The notes under the pieces are model-generated. The model was not told the origin of the DNA. It did not search any database and worked only from the letters and a program-made list of their open reading frames with translations. Both the position numbers and the translations under genes were made by a program. From the sequence record LR756502.1: 64,000 nt of DNA. One strand, given 5' to 3'. Positions 1 to 11,435 of this stretch are shown piece by piece (the stretch's first letter is position 1; the number at the start of each line of letters is the position of its first letter).

Positions 1-330
1 TGCTCCTGCAGGACCTGTTGATCCTGTTGCACCTTGTATACCTTGACTTCCAGTTGCTCCTGCAGGACCTGTTGATCCTGTTGCACCTTGTATACCTTGA
101 CTTCCAGTTGCTCCTGCAGGACCTGTTGATCCTGTTGCACCTTGTATACCTTGACTTCCAGTTGCTCCTGTTGATCCGGTAGCACCTTGTATACCTTGAC
201 TTCCAGTTGCTCCGGTAGCACCTTGTATACCTTGACTCCCAGTTGCTCCTGTTATACCTTGTATACCTTGACTTCCGGTATCACCTTGTATACCTTGACT
301 TCCGGTTGCTCCAGTTGGTCCAGTGTTAAC
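1..330 (-). repeat. Collagen-coding tandem repeat; 54-bp unit ([18 protein letters not shown]) about 3 times, plus shorter degenerate units
   Basis: tgctcctgcaggacctgttgatcc... recurs at 1, 55 and 109. Confidence 0.95.
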
Positions 331-3300
331 TGGTGCTGTTTGCCAAGTAGCTGAGGTTGCTGAAGTGGCTATTAATGTCTGTCCAACACTTGGTCCAGTT
401 GATCCTGATACATAAACAGACAAACCATTTGTCCTAATAGCATTTGTCTCAATATAATTTGTTGATCCTATAATTGTTTTGTTTGTAAGTGATGCTGTTA
501 CTGACGGAAAACTAGATAAAATACTTGGTATATTATCTAAGTATATCTTATCAGCTACTGACATAAACCCAGCACTTGTTTGTGATGCTGTTGCATGTGT
601 TGTACCACCTCCTATTTGTCCGTGACTATGAACGTGATCTTGTCTAGCAAATGCATTTTGACTACCAATTTGATTTGTTGACCCAATTGTTGACGGTGTT
701 CCTGTTGTTAGTGGATCAGAACCGTTTGGTAGATGTCTGGACTGATGTGATTCTATTGTAATACCATTTACTTGACCAACTCCTGTTATTGAGTTACTAC
801 CCATAACTAAATTACCAGACATTGCTCTGCCTCCATTTGTTAGTAGGTATTGTGTGTGTGAATCGACTCCTAGATTTATTAAGGATGAGTGATCTGCTGC
901 CGCATTTATACCAGATGCTTTGAACCCTATAACCGGTCTTTGATCTCTTATCTCAACTATACTAGATGTTCCTTGTTGAACAATAATACCAGCTATTAAA
1001 GCAACTCCATCACTGAAATATGTTGGTGGTGTTGGTATATCAGCATTTTGAGCATCTAATAATAATGCATATTCTGCTTGGCCATAAACCATAAAGTATT
1101 TTTCTTGGCCATCGTCACCTAATACATAAAGTGAGTGTTTTGTATAATTTGATGCAGACAAACCGATTAATGAGTTTGTTCCTCCATAGTATGAGCTATC
1201 AACTGAATTGGTTATTGATATAACATGACCTCCTAATCCATCGCTATAATATGAACTAAATGTTATGCCAGTTCCTCCAGATGGTAGAAATTCATTGGCA
1301 CCGAAGTAGTAGACACCTGATGTTATATCTAGTTTATATGGTGTTATGCTAGTAGATACTATAGATCCAGATGAATAAACTGGTCCAAATCCTTTTCTGA
1401 ATAATTTAACAACTCTATTTGACCAATGTTCTGATGGTACAGGAGATCTCTCAACAAATTCCAATGATGCTGTTCCTGATCTAACTCTACCAAGTAATAT
1501 GTTTTCAGATGTTATTGGTATAGTTGAACTGTAGCTCAAAATTCCAGATGAGTTATAATAAATGTAACTTGTTGTGCTAGGTGGTACTGATAATGATGTG
1601 TTTATCCATGTCTTTTTATATAATACATCATCCACCTCATAGTATCCAAATCCTTCAGCTATACTAACTGTAAGTCCTCCTCCATCACCAATAACACCAC
1701 CTTGAACAACACCCATTGTGGATGTTTCTGTTATTAATGTTGAAACATCTGTAGTTGTAGTTGTATTGTATGTTATATTTAAACCACCATTTATTGTAAA
1801 ATCACCAACTTCTGTGTCTGTGAATACAATAGATAAATTATCTGAAGTTGATAATACCTTTGATGTCTCAAAAGATCCAAATATACTACCTGTTGATGTT
1901 GGGTTGTTAATTATAACATGATTGTTTGTATTCTCAACAACTGTTGAAATTACCCTGAGCTCACATGGATTTCCCGCATCATTTGGATTGTATATAGCAT
2001 AATCCCACCCAGTTACGTTCACTGCATTTAGCTTACATTTAGCTCCCTGTTCAATAAACAAGAAATAGGATCCTGTTTGAGGTATACTCTTTCCTGTATT
2101 TGCTTGAACAGAGTTCATAATAATCTCACAATTATTACCACTTGCCTTTGCGAAATATGTAGGTGATACATTAGCCATTCCATGTGAATAACTATGTAGT
2201 AAAAGAATTCTAGAAGAAGCTGTACTTGATCCAGATACATCATTTGTTGCTAGGAATCCTTTATCAAATTGATATGTACTTCCATATCCACATCCAACTA
2301 CCTGTACTGTACTTGATGATGTGTTTCCGTAACAAACAACATGTGTGTCGTTGCTACCAAATGTTATATCTTTTATAACAAATGCTGAATTTCCAGTAAT
2401 ATCTTGTTGTGAACTATGGAAGAATGCGGAATATGGTAGATCTACTCCAGGTAAAGAATAGGTTCCAGCTTGAACACCATCAACTAATAGACTTTCGACC
2501 ATTGAGAAATCAGATCCAAGGAATATGTTTTGGTTAGATGTTTTTGGTCTAATTATTGTATTTTGTCCTTCACCAATAACATTAATATATGGACGCATTG
2601 TAATCTCATCCTCGTAATATATACCTGGTCCAACTTTAACCATCCATCTATTTGATTCAGATGCTCCGACAACTGAGTTAATTGCATCTTTTATACTAGT
2701 AAAATCCCCATCTTTACTAAATACGGTTAATATTCTTGGGTCTTTATTAGTTATAAAGAATGGTGCACTTTCTGGTATAGATTGTTTAAGATGTTGAATA
2801 TATCCATCAATTTGACCAGTCCCATCAGGATGTTCAACTTTTATATCATAAACCAAATTAGTGTCAATCGATGATCCAACAATTTTAATATCTGAGAAGG
2901 TACCAACATTACCCATAAATATTCCATACTCCCAATTATGAACGTGCATACTACTTGCATCAATTACTGCACCATCTTCAGCATATAATGCAATTCCATT
3001 ATTCTCACCTAGGTTACCGGATGATATAATCTCAGCACTAGATCCAGTTCCGGAAACATATGTACCGACTGTATATGTACCACCAAATGGTAGATTGTAA
3101 TAGTTTTCTAAGTTTGCGTATGCCACAAACCCATTTTGAGAAATAACTTTTGTACCATATGTATATACTCCATTGTAGTCTATATACTCACCATAAAATA
3201 AGGTGTCTTGTGAATCAGAGTAAACACCAATACCTATATCACAATTATTAAATGATATTTTATGTGCTTGTGAGTAGTCTCCACTATCATATACCTTTAT

Positions 3301-5313
3301 ACCTTCTTTTCCTGGCCAAGTATTCTGAATTGTCATAAATGATAATTCATTGTAAATACCTATATTAAATACTGAGTGGTTTCCGGCTGGTTCAATAACA
3401 GTTGATTGTATAGAAGCCCCAATTATTGAAATATATTGCTTTCCTCCAACAGCTAGATTTATAGGTGGTTCTGTGTAAATACCCGGACTGATATTAATTA
3501 AATATCTGTTACTCTCACTTGCTGAATCTATACTAGCAACTGCTTCTGCGATTGATGTAAAATCACCACCTCTTTTAGCAACATTAATTATATTCAAGTC
3601 ATGATTATAGATATAGAAAGGTGCGTTGTTATTAAGAACGGTTTTTTGAGTGTTAATATCACCAAAGAAACTACCAATTGTGCCATCGTGATTTATTTGT
3701 ATATCTTCAATATATGAGTCAGTTATATTTACTGAGTCTAGTATTAAAGTTGGTGCCACTCCATAATCAAGTGATACAACACCATAATCAAATCCTCTTA
3801 TACTTGATGAGATTGCTCTTAACTCACCACCATTATCAGCAGCTAAACAGGTTGCTAAATTTGAGAATGCTCCACCAAAAACTCTCATTGTTGTATTTGT
3901 AAGTGTTAATAATGTATTTGGTCCACTTACATAGGCAAATGTTGTTACATATGTAGGTCCTGTTAAGTCTTTATAGGTACAGTTTGTTAGAACTATTTGA
4001 GATACGTAATCAGCGGTGTTATTTACAATTACTCCATTTGTTATATCACCAGTTATACTACATCTATCAATATAAACAATTGATGTATATGATGATGTAG
4101 ATCCGTAACATTGAACTTGAGTTGTATTGTTGTTGAAATTACAGTCTTTAATTAAGAATCCGGTACCACCAGTTCCTTCATGATAAACTGCTAATCCTCC
4201 AATACCATTAGCTCCATTCATTATAAGGTTAGTTATAGATGATCCATCATGTCCTATGAATATTGTGTTTGTTGAAAGTGTTGGTATAATAAGTACGCTA
4301 CCTAGAGTATTTGCAATAATTGAAATACCAGACTTCATAGTTATTGTATCTTCTATGTATATACCTGGTCCAACTTTAATAACAAATGGATTACCAGTTG
4401 ATGATGTTGTAATTGAATCAACCGCACTTTTAATTGAAGAGAATTGATTGGATGCTGTTACACCTTTCTTAACTTCTATTACTTTTATGTCAGTATTTAC
4501 GGAACCTGTTGCTCCCATTTCACCTGCTGGTCCTGTTGCTCCAGTACCTGCTGGTCCTGTTGCACCTGTTGCTCCCGCTGGTCCTGTAGCACCTGCTAGT
4601 CCTGGTAATGCATCAATTGTTGTATGTAAGTGACTAACTTGGTTACCTTCGTAATGTGTTGTTACTGTTTTTGTGTCTCCGATTGTATGAACATATGTTT
4701 TAAGTACAAGACGGTCTGTTAAATTTATTACTGTTTTTGGTAAGAAAAAGGAATTTTCATACAACTCCATTGTTTCTGAAGATATTAAAAGATCATCTGA
4801 TGTAGCTATTAGACTTTCTGTCCCACCTGGGTAAGTTCTAACATAAAGCTCTCCATAGAAGTATGTTGGTTGTGATATATTATATCCTGAAGAAACTCTA
4901 GCATATAAGTTTATATCCCATACACCGGATTGTAATAATGGTACGTTTGGAAGTCCAATTGGGTTTACAAATTCCTCTATAAGAACTGGAGTTGGGTTTG
5001 TACCAATATCCATTATACTATCTATAGATGATCCTGTGAGTCCATCAAATACAGCATACATCTCTTTGTACCCAGATATATCAGAATCTACTGAATTATT
5101 AAAGTATAATATCCTACCAGTTGTTATTCCTGGTATTCCTTGAGATCCTGTTGGTCCTTGAGATCCTGTTGGTCCTTCTGGTCCAGTTATTGAGACTCCA
5201 AGTGAAATCCATGCACCATCAGACGGAGCAGTTCCACTCCATTCCCATCTATTTCCGTTTGGGTCAGTGTATATCTCTCCAGTGTATGTGGGTATAGGCC
5301 AATTAATTGCCAT
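1..5313 (-). CDS. Giant tail fibre / receptor-binding protein with collagen-like segments and three pectin-lyase-like beta-helix modules (3' partial, >1770 aa)
   Basis: Manual translation from ATG at 5313 ([20 protein letters not shown]...) stays open to base 1. Gly-X-Y runs near 5130-5190, 4500-4610 and 1-330. Three repeats of (D/Q)F(T/S)SIxxA(V/I)xS...(V/I)xPGIYxE. Absent from the ORF track because no stop lies in the window. Confidence 0.85.
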   Translation of the reverse strand, partial: MAINWPIPTYTGEIYTDPNGNRWEWSGTAPSDGAWISLGVSITGPEGPTGSQGPTGSQGIPGITTGRILYFNNSVDSDISGYKEMYAVFDGLTGSSIDSIMDIGTNPTPVLIEEFVNPIGLPNVPLLQSGVWDINLYARVSSGYNISQPTYFYGELYVRTYPGGTESLIATSDDLLISSETMELYENSFFLPKTVINLTDRLVLKTYVHTIGDTKTVTTHYEGNQVSHLHTTIDALPGLAGATGPAGATGATGPAGTGATGPAGEMGATGSVNTDIKVIEVKKGVTASNQFSSIKSAVDSITTSSTGNPFVIKVGPGIYIEDTITMKSGISIIANTLGSVLIIPTLSTNTIFIGHDGSSITNLIMNGANGIGGLAVYHEGTGGTGFLIKDCNFNNNTTQVQCYGSTSSYTSIVYIDRCSITGDITNGVIVNNTADYVSQIVLTNCTYKDLTGPTYVTTFAYVSGPNTLLTLTNTTMRVFGGAFSNLATCLAADNGGELRAISSSIRGFDYGVVSLDYGVAPTLILDSVNITDSYIEDIQINHDGTIGSFFGDINTQKTVLNNNAPFYIYNHDLNIINVAKRGGDFTSIAEAVASIDSASESNRYLINISPGIYTEPPINLAVGGKQYISIIGASIQSTVIEPAGNHSVFNIGIYNELSFMTIQNTWPGKEGIKVYDSGDYSQAHKISFNNCDIGIGVYSDSQDTLFYGEYIDYNGVYTYGTKVISQNGFVAYANLENYYNLPFGGTYTVGTYVSGTGSSAEIISSGNLGENNGIALYAEDGAVIDASSMHVHNWEYGIFMGNVGTFSDIKIVGSSIDTNLVYDIKVEHPDGTGQIDGYIQHLKQSIPESAPFFITNKDPRILTVFSKDGDFTSIKDAINSVVGASESNRWMVKVGPGIYYEDEITMRPYINVIGEGQNTIIRPKTSNQNIFLGSDFSMVESLLVDGVQAGTYSLPGVDLPYSAFFHSSQQDITGNSAFVIKDITFGSNDTHVVCYGNTSSSTVQVVGCGYGSTYQFDKGFLATNDVSGSSTASSRILLLHSYSHGMANVSPTYFAKASGNNCEIIMNSVQANTGKSIPQTGSYFLFIEQGAKCKLNAVNVTGWDYAIYNPNDAGNPCELRVISTVVENTNNHVIINNPTSTGSIFGSFETSKVLSTSDNLSIVFTDTEVGDFTINGGLNITYNTTTTTDVSTLITETSTMGVVQGGVIGDGGGLTVSIAEGFGYYEVDDVLYKKTWINTSLSVPPSTTSYIYYNSSGILSYSSTIPITSENILLGRVRSGTASLEFVERSPVPSEHWSNRVVKLFRKGFGPVYSSGSIVSTSITPYKLDITSGVYYFGANEFLPSGGTGITFSSYYSDGLGGHVISITNSVDSSYYGGTNSLIGLSASNYTKHSLYVLGDDGQEKYFMVYGQAEYALLLDAQNADIPTPPTYFSDGVALIAGIIVQQGTSSIVEIRDQRPVIGFKASGINAAADHSSLINLGVDSHTQYLLTNGGRAMSGNLVMGSNSITGVGQVNGITIESHQSRHLPNGSDPLTTGTPSTIGSTNQIGSQNAFARQDHVHSHGQIGGGTTHATASQTSAGFMSVADKIYLDNIPSILSSFPSVTASLTNKTIIGSTNYIETNAIRTNGLSVYVSGSTGPSVGQTLIATSATSATWQTAPVNTGPTGATGSQGIQGDTGSQGIQGITGATGSQGIQGATGATGSQGIQGATGSTGATGSQGIQGATGSTGPAGATGSQGIQGATGSTGPAGATGSQGIQGATGSTGPAGA

Positions 5314-5337
5314 AGTAATAATATAATTTTTATAGTC

Positions 5338-5346
5338 TATATATTA
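5338..5346 (-). promoter_or_regulatory. Putative phage late promoter motif TAATATATA (representative copy)
   Basis: Same 9-mer lies shortly upstream of ATGs. Minus: 5338, 6676, 33103, 42674, 45866. Plus: 11423, 15591, 22913, 26853, 33485, 34489, 42689, 45964, 62860. TGATATATA variants at 39494 and 39863. Analogy to T4 late promoter TATAAATA is inference. Confidence 0.65.
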
Positions 5347-5393
5347 AAAAATATTATTCAATAAGGATGTATTTAAGTAAATTATCTGAGTGA

Positions 5394-6008
5394 TTAGATA
5401 TTAATTATGTATTCTTTTATAGATTTTAGCTTAGTCTTATATTCCATTCCGTGCCAAGACTTAATAATAACATCACCCGCAATGTGTGAGTTGTTTTGCC
5501 AGCAGTTACATTCTACATCAAGACTAGCAATTCCCTTGCCATTTCCTATAGTCCATCTTCTAGACTTTAGTTCTTTATTTATTGATAATTCGTCAGTCTC
5601 ATCATTTCTGTCCCATACTCTTTTTAGAAATGCTCTAACATCTTTTGTATTTATCATTACAATCACACCAGCGTTAAACCATCCAGTAAGAGTATTACCC
5701 CCTAATCCACCTCTTAACTCAATCATGCCATATTCAAATCCATCGTGTAGAATATCTTTAATATCACCACCAACATTTAAGCTATCACAATCCTCATATA
5801 CAACTAAACTACCATCTTCTATTGTTGATAGAAATTCCATTAACCATGCTATTTTTTCCCACCAAACTTTTCTCTCAGGACACCTTTTGATATTGCTTGA
5901 GACATACTCAAGTCCATTAAGATAAGCATACTCCCTATTAATTGGGCTTGTTAGGTCGTATAATTCTGTATGTTCTATTGTGTAATGTTGTGTTAAATAA
6001 TATTTCAT
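5394..6008 (-). CDS. Glycosyltransferase (GT-A fold, GT34/MNN10-like)
   Basis: WEKIAWL, VYEDCDS (DxD-like) and FNAGVIVM motifs. Confidence 0.65.
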   Translation of the reverse strand: MKYYLTQHYTIEHTELYDLTSPINREYAYLNGLEYVSSNIKRCPERKVWWEKIAWLMEFLSTIEDGSLVVYEDCDSLNVGGDIKDILHDGFEYGMIELRGGLGGNTLTGWFNAGVIVMINTKDVRAFLKRVWDRNDETDELSINKELKSRRWTIGNGKGIASLDVECNCWQNNSHIAGDVIIKSWHGMEYKTKLKSIKEYIINI

Positions 6009-6021
6009 ATGGATTTTTATT

Positions 6022-6654
6022 TTAGTGTGATGTGTAATAGTTTATCTCTGATGTTGGCCACCAATATGTTCCATCACTAATTATTGTAACAGAATATCCA
6101 CGACCTGGTAGTGAATAATAACTGGCTGTTCCTGAATATCCATTAAAGGGAGCATATACATTTGTGTAGTTCTCTGACCCACTATCCACTCTTGTAAGTG
6201 ACATTTTCTTACCAGTCATTGTAGATACGTTAGGTAGATGTATGTGCATCTGATAATAGCTAGCTAGATCTATAAAAATATTTGAATCAGTTGTTGATAA
6301 TGTTAGTCCATATAGATATGTATCCTCCTGTATTCCATCTGCAATACTTATTGTTCTACTTGTCTCACTACTTGATACATAAACAACCGGGGTTACCCAT
6401 TGATAAGTACTACCATCATTAACATATACATATAAATTTCCTATATCCGAGTTATACCAAAATGAACCACTCTCTATTGTACTTGTACCGCTGCCGGTAG
6501 GTGCAGTATTTTGATAATAGAATACTCCCGCTCCAGAAGGACCAGTTGGTCCAGTAGCACCTCCACCAGATCCATTAATAGTTGTTATAGCGTTGTTTAT
6601 CTTTGTCCTTGCTAATAACCCACTATCTCCATTATTTACAATCTCTAAAGGCAT
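6022..6654 (-). CDS. Virion fibre-associated protein with short collagen-like segment
   Basis: GATGPTGPSGAG, then YYQNTAP...FWYNSDIGNLYVY as in phage fibre proteins; late-type motif upstream. Confidence 0.6.
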   Translation of the reverse strand: MPLEIVNNGDSGLLARTKINNAITTINGSGGGATGPTGPSGAGVFYYQNTAPTGSGTSTIESGSFWYNSDIGNLYVYVNDGSTYQWVTPVVYVSSSETSRTISIADGIQEDTYLYGLTLSTTDSNIFIDLASYYQMHIHLPNVSTMTGKKMSLTRVDSGSENYTNVYAPFNGYSGTASYYSLPGRGYSVTIISDGTYWWPTSEINYYTSH

Positions 6655-6754
6655 CCTTTTTGAATTAATTTACCTTATATATTAAATTATGATTTGCATT
6701 TTACAAACAAATACTGTCTATTTTGTTATAACTTTAAACTAAAACTAAAATAAT

Positions 6755-7219
6755 ATGAAAATTTACGCTGTAGACTTTGAAAAAGTTGTTAAAAATTATA
6801 AAAACTATGTTTCAAAAATGCTTGAGCAGGATCAAGTTAGAATGAATTACCAGGTTGAGATGGAGGTATTTAAAAAGGAGATGGAGTCAATAATCTCATC
6901 AGCAAACAGCTCTTTGATAGTTGATGATGCTACAAGAAATACTAATATACAACGATTTAAGGAAATTCAAATGGAGGCTGGTAAAAGAGAAGGTGAGTTT
7001 AAATCAAAGTTTACAGAATCTCAGAATGATATAATGGAAAGTAGCTTCGAGGAGATATCTAATATTATAAATGAGTATGCTGTTAATTCAGAAATTGATA
7101 TGATTGTTAGTAAGTCACAATTGGTATTTGTTAAAGATGCACTTGATATAACAGATATGATAATTATTGTCTTGAAAGATAGAGACCTTTATTACGAAGC
7201 AACATTAGAAACGGTATAA
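6755..7219 (+). CDS. skp: Skp/OmpH-family chaperone-like protein
   Basis: N-terminal KIYAVDFEKVV, long coiled coil, C-terminal IDMIVSKSQLVFVKDALDITDMII. No signal peptide visible. Confidence 0.7.
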   Translation: MKIYAVDFEKVVKNYKNYVSKMLEQDQVRMNYQVEMEVFKKEMESIISSANSSLIVDDATRNTNIQRFKEIQMEAGKREGEFKSKFTESQNDIMESSFEEISNIINEYAVNSEIDMIVSKSQLVFVKDALDITDMIIIVLKDRDLYYEATLETV

Positions 7220-7229
7220 AACAAAAAGG

Positions 7230-7258
7230 AAAAAGAGAGTTAAACTAACTCTCTTTTT
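7230..7258. terminator. Bidirectional intrinsic terminator
   Basis: AAAAAGAGAGTTA-aac-TAACTCTCTTTTT between convergent genes. Confidence 0.85.
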
Positions 7259-7263
7259 TATTT

Positions 7264-8013
7264 CTAGTCTTTTGGAAGATATCCATCTAGGAATACTTTT
7301 AACTTCTCTCTCATATCAATTATTGGTAGGATAGTAGCATCTTCATCATCTGGTCCAATATGAACTATATAAGCTCCTCCTATTTCAAATCCCCACTCTT
7401 CTAATAACAAAGAGTATAAGCATAGTTGTATAGAGTATTCATTATGATGGTTTTTGTAGTGTTCTTCTAGTGGTTGAAGCATCTTCTCATATCTTCCCTT
7501 TGGGTGATCGTCATGTGTAAAATCGCCATTTGTCTTCCAGTCTAGGATATATATCTTTCCTCTGTATAAGAAAAGAGAGTCTATTGTCCCCGCTATCTTC
7601 CACTTCTTTGAGAATATTCTAACCTCAAATTTTATTGGTTCAAGTTTATATAATTGCTTAGCATATACCTTATTGAACTTATTTATTCTATGTATTATGT
7701 CTGGATTTGTTGGTAGTGGTTGCCATTTCTGGTTGAAGTAGTCTTCTATCCATTGGTGAGTCTCATGTCCAACCTCATTTGCATAGTCATTTTTCCTTTT
7801 CCACTCTTTAAGAATTTCTTCCTGTGTTACTCCACCCTCTTCAGCCTTTTTGTTTGACCAATAATCTTGATCAAACGGCATGTGAAAATGATGGATAAAT
7901 CTTGTTACAGGCTCCATCGGAAAACCATCGTATGTGTATTTATGATATTTTGGATCGAACTTAAACTCTGGATCGTTGAAGCACTCTAGATTCTTTAATA
8001 TGATGCTCTTCAT
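7264..8013 (-). CDS. PD-(D/E)XK exonuclease (Cas4/RecB-like)
   Basis: GHETHQWIE, AGTIDSLF, ILDWKT and QLCLY motifs. Confidence 0.8.
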   Translation of the reverse strand: MKSIILKNLECFNDPEFKFDPKYHKYTYDGFPMEPVTRFIHHFHMPFDQDYWSNKKAEEGGVTQEEILKEWKRKNDYANEVGHETHQWIEDYFNQKWQPLPTNPDIIHRINKFNKVYAKQLYKLEPIKFEVRIFSKKWKIAGTIDSLFLYRGKIYILDWKTNGDFTHDDHPKGRYEKMLQPLEEHYKNHHNEYSIQLCLYSLLLEEWGFEIGGAYIVHIGPDDEDATILPIIDMREKLKVFLDGYLPKD

Positions 8014-8095
8014 TCATCTGCTTTAATTTTTTGGAAGCATCCTTCTATCTTCATATAAACATTATATGAAGATAGAATTAAAAGTTTCTAATGTG

Positions 8096-9520
8096 TTAAA
8101 AATATGTCGGTGTCGGTGTTTCTGGTCTAACTGCTGTCTCTGTGCTTGGAGTCTCCTCTGTGCTTGGAGTCTCCTCTGAAGTGGTTTGGCTATATCTCCT
8201 TGAGGATCTTCTTCCTGAAAAGTATCCTGATATGTCTGATAAATCTAGCTCACTAAGCATAGATCTAACGGTACTATTTGACTGTTGTTCTCTAGTCATT
8301 CTCCTCTTCAAATCCTCTTGCTCTTCCAACTTTCTTCGTTCTCTACGTTGGTGAATAAGTTCTCTTCTCTCGATAATTGCATTGAGATTGTTTAAATGGT
8401 TATGTTCCTCATTAAAAAGGTAGTCTCCTAAATCTTCATCAAAGATAGCATCTTTGCAAAGAATCCACTTATCATTTATATCAGAGTAGTTAATATTACC
8501 TTGGTATGTATAGATATTTAAGTAACTAACAAAGTTACATTCGTTTCTATAACGATGCATATTGTCAATACTATCAAGAATTATGTAGTCATAATCATAT
8601 CCAGATCCTTCAGATGAAGCAAGAGTCTTTATATCTCTTTTATTGGATACACTTGGTATATAGTTGTGTATAGTGTTTGTCTCAATGTTTATCCACTTGA
8701 ATGTATCAACATATGGAAAGTACTTAATGTCGATAGATTTTAGACTTATATCAATCTTAATATCCCTCTTCTTGCTACCAAGTGATTCAAAACTCATAGT
8801 ATTAAACCAGTTCTGCTCACTCTTATAAAGATATCCATTATCAGTTGCCCATTTCTTGAAATAGAATGCCAAATCCTCATCACAAGTAGTATAGATTCTA
8901 TCCATTATCTTATATGACTCGTATGTCCAAAGAAGTGCTCTGCCCATTAGACGACCATTATCATCTAACATAACAAGCATAGATACAATATCAGTATTCT
9001 TGGTATAGATATCAAAAAATTTCTGACAGCTCTCATGTTTCATACAAGAGTTACCAAGTGTTCCTCTCCCATCACCTGCATATATTTCATAGTAGTAATA
9101 GTCTTTGATTATGTCGCCACTAACAACCTCAAATTTGAATTTTGGTTTGCTTATATTAGCACGATAAAGGTTTGAGAACTTCTCAACCTCTTTTGGTGAT
9201 ATGTTATTAAATATTTTTGTGATAAATGATCCTGGTCTGGCGTGGAATCTTATTCCAGATGCCCATAAAACACCTTCTGTATTATACATCGGCTCTGGGA
9301 ATTCATTTTCAATTTTCTTTACCCTATCTGTTGATAGGTATGATATCCTAGATATATCCTGTTCAGATACTGAAATATAGTTAATAGGATTATCCACAAG
9401 TTGCCCAACCTCTTTGGATAAAAGTAGTCTAGCTACTTCTGATTCACTATCAAACTCTAAAAGAACTTCTCTTAATCGGTCTGAAATCTTGATTTCAAAT
9501 GGCTTTTTATCCTGTGTCAT
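8096..9520 (-). CDS. Conserved phage protein (SCM...GRALLW...MDRIY...PYxDT family), paralog of 42919..44322
   Basis: Shares GNSCM, GRLMGRALLW, MDRIY and FPYVDTF blocks with 42919..44322; 18-bp tandem duplication at 8138-8173. Confidence 0.7.
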   Translation of the reverse strand: MTQDKKPFEIKISDRLREVLLEFDSESEVARLLLSKEVGQLVDNPINYISVSEQDISRISYLSTDRVKKIENEFPEPMYNTEGVLWASGIRFHARPGSFITKIFNNISPKEVEKFSNLYRANISKPKFKFEVVSGDIIKDYYYYEIYAGDGRGTLGNSCMKHESCQKFFDIYTKNTDIVSMLVMLDDNGRLMGRALLWTYESYKIMDRIYTTCDEDLAFYFKKWATDNGYLYKSEQNWFNTMSFESLGSKKRDIKIDISLKSIDIKYFPYVDTFKWINIETNTIHNYIPSVSNKRDIKTLASSEGSGYDYDYIILDSIDNMHRYRNECNFVSYLNIYTYQGNINYSDINDKWILCKDAIFDEDLGDYLFNEEHNHLNNLNAIIERRELIHQRRERRKLEEQEDLKRRMTREQQSNSTVRSMLSELDLSDISGYFSGRRSSRRYSQTTSEETPSTEETPSTETAVRPETPTPTYF

Positions 9521-9540
9521 GTTTATGATTTGTTATTCTA

Positions 9541-9548
9541 CAAATATA
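9541..9548 (-). promoter_or_regulatory. Bacteroidota sigma-A -7 element TAnnTTTG (representative copy)
   Basis: Minus-strand TAnnTTTG, often with TTTG about 20 nt upstream, at 9541, 11389, 20267, 21199, 22848, 23819, 24101, 24608, 26781, 31974, 32082, 32931, 45896, 50087, 51771, 57409, 60303 and 62451. Matches the established Bacteroidota consensus TTTG-N19-21-TAnnTTTG. Confidence 0.8.
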
Positions 9549-9573
9549 CAAAAATTATTTCAAATTGACAAAT

Positions 9574-10002
9574 TTACTTGAATGGTTCAAATTTATCACT
9601 ATCCTTATTGTATATAATACAACCAGAATTAACCAATTCTTCATTCTCTGATATAATAAGATTTATACCAAATGTAGATTTGTATCTTTCTTTAGTTGTA
9701 TCTATTCTAGTATCTATTGTTATGAACTTAGGCTGACATCCATCGCTGTAGAATATTAATTTATAAATATGTCCGTAGATTAAATCACAGGTGAATCCTA
9801 TATTTGATTTAAACTCGATCTCTTTATTTAAATCATCTGTAATTTTTACAATAAAGTTATTTTCTAATACACATGTGTTATTCTTAAGGATAGTGCAATC
9901 AATAGATAATTGATCATTTTGACTTGTTGCTTTATTGACTATAAAAAACATAGCCATTAAAACCAACATAATGTATATAGACTGTTTGAATGATTTACTC
10001 AT
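9574..10002 (-). CDS. Hypothetical exported protein
   Basis: Hydrophobic N-terminal signal-like segment. Confidence 0.6.
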   Translation of the reverse strand: MSKSFKQSIYIMLVLMAMFFIVNKATSQNDQLSIDCTILKNNTCVLENNFIVKITDDLNKEIEFKSNIGFTCDLIYGHIYKLIFYSDGCQPKFITIDTRIDTTKERYKSTFGINLIISENEELVNSGCIIYNKDSDKFEPFK

Positions 10003-10004
10003 AT

Positions 10005-10502
10005 TTATATGTTATTAAATGTTAATATTCTTACTTCCTTTGTGTTGTGTAGTTTTTTTAAGCAGTAATAAAGTTTCTTACCCTCGTGAGTTAGGTCTCT
10101 AAATGATGCAAACCAAAATCCAATGTTGTCAACAAGCTCATGTGTGTGTTCTGACCATCCAATACACACACAAGATACCATTGGTATCGACATCAATTTC
10201 TCTAACCCTTCCTTTTTGAAGTGTGGGAAATATACACTATCATATCTATCATTATCAACTTGATTATCAATCAAATCATCAATAGTAATCTCCATTGATT
10301 TTATTGGAGGTCTTTGCATAATATCATCTGCTACAAATGATCCAGGCATGAATAAGTGATTTTTTGAAAGTTCGTATGGTGTATTTGTTAAATCCTTAGG
10401 ATCAAAGGCAATGATATAAACAAATGTCTTACCGCTGTCAATTACATTGACATGTCTGTTGTTTGGGAAATTTATAAACCCAGTGTTATCTTCTCTCATC
10501 AT
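10005..10502 (-). CDS. Hypothetical protein
   Basis: Fits minus-strand operon. Confidence 0.65.
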   Translation of the reverse strand: MMREDNTGFINFPNNRHVNVIDSGKTFVYIIAFDPKDLTNTPYELSKNHLFMPGSFVADDIMQRPPIKSMEITIDDLIDNQVDNDRYDSVYFPHFKKEGLEKLMSIPMVSCVCIGWSEHTHELVDNIGFWFASFRDLTHEGKKLYYCLKKLHNTKEVRILTFNNI

Positions 10503-11368
10503 ATTCCAAGTGATTCTAAAACGTTATTACGGACAGACCATTGTGTTATACCAAGAATTCTCTCGGTTTCGATTTTAATTATATGTGAGTCCTGTTTATT
10601 AAAAAGCGTTAGGTATAACTGAAAAGCGTAAAATGCGTCAATATAAAAATCAACAGATTTGTCAATTTGATTTAGTTTATCTGATTCAGTCATCAACATG
10701 ATTCTTTGATCGTTAGTTATTTTGATCTTATTATCAGATGCTGCAAATCTAACAGAGTTCTTAAAAGCATCAAACTTGCGATGATTTATTTGTGGAATCT
10801 CTGGCTTATCACCAAGTATAACCTCACGAACCTTTGATATTAGTACTCTATGACCAACAATCGATTTTATAGAATCAATTTGCTCATTGAATGTCTCATC
10901 ATTAATTCCTTTGGTGGCGTCTTCTGCAGCTTGTGTTACTCCTTTTAGATGTTTTTTTGTTAATCCAACATTACTAACACCACTAATGATGTAGAATTTG
11001 GATGTATCACAATACAAACCTACGTTGAAACTAAGTCTACGTGATTTATCTGTTGAGTTTAGAATATAGAATGATTTATAGAAGTCGATACCACCAATCT
11101 CCACTTTATCTGAGATAAGCTTTAGATATTGTTGACCTCTTGTTAATTTAAATTCGTATTTGGATATTTTGAAATTTTGTTCGATTAAATCGATTTTGTC
11201 TTTTAGATATTTAGCAATATCGAATATCTCATATCGATTTGATACCTCGGTGGTATTTATAACTCTACCATCATATTTTGTAACAACTTGTTCTCCCGCC
11301 TTTTCAATGGATATTTTACCAATCTTATCAAATAGCTCTTGTTTATCGTAGTCTCTGAAATTATTCAT
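10499..11368 (-). CDS. DUF932-like phage protein
   Basis: VSNRYEIFD and FYILNSTDKSRRLSFNVGLY...KKH resemble DUF932 motifs; sigma-A promoter upstream. Confidence 0.5.
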   Translation of the reverse strand: MNNFRDYDKQELFDKIGKISIEKAGEQVVTKYDGRVINTTEVSNRYEIFDIAKYLKDKIDLIEQNFKISKYEFKLTRGQQYLKLISDKVEIGGIDFYKSFYILNSTDKSRRLSFNVGLYCDTSKFYIISGVSNVGLTKKHLKGVTQAAEDATKGINDETFNEQIDSIKSIVGHRVLISKVREVILGDKPEIPQINHRKFDAFKNSVRFAASDNKIKITNDQRIMLMTESDKLNQIDKSVDFYIDAFYAFQLYLTLFNKQDSHIIKIETERILGITQWSVRNNVLESLGI

Positions 11369-11435
11369 TTATATAGTATTAGTTTTTACAAAAATACGAA
11401 ATATATTTCAAACTCCAAAATTTAATATATAATGA

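Noticed and set aside
1718-5925. Plus-strand ORFs 1718, 3678, 4256, 4448 and 5407 in the track
   Set aside because: Antisense shadows of the long minus-strand fibre and glycosyltransferase genes. The same applies to most short track ORFs opposite longer genes (e.g. 8142, 13363, 20623, 25031, 39987, 49404, 58518).
8138-8173. 18-bp tandem repeat
   Set aside because: Simple in-frame duplication in a disordered tail; no sign of a larger system.
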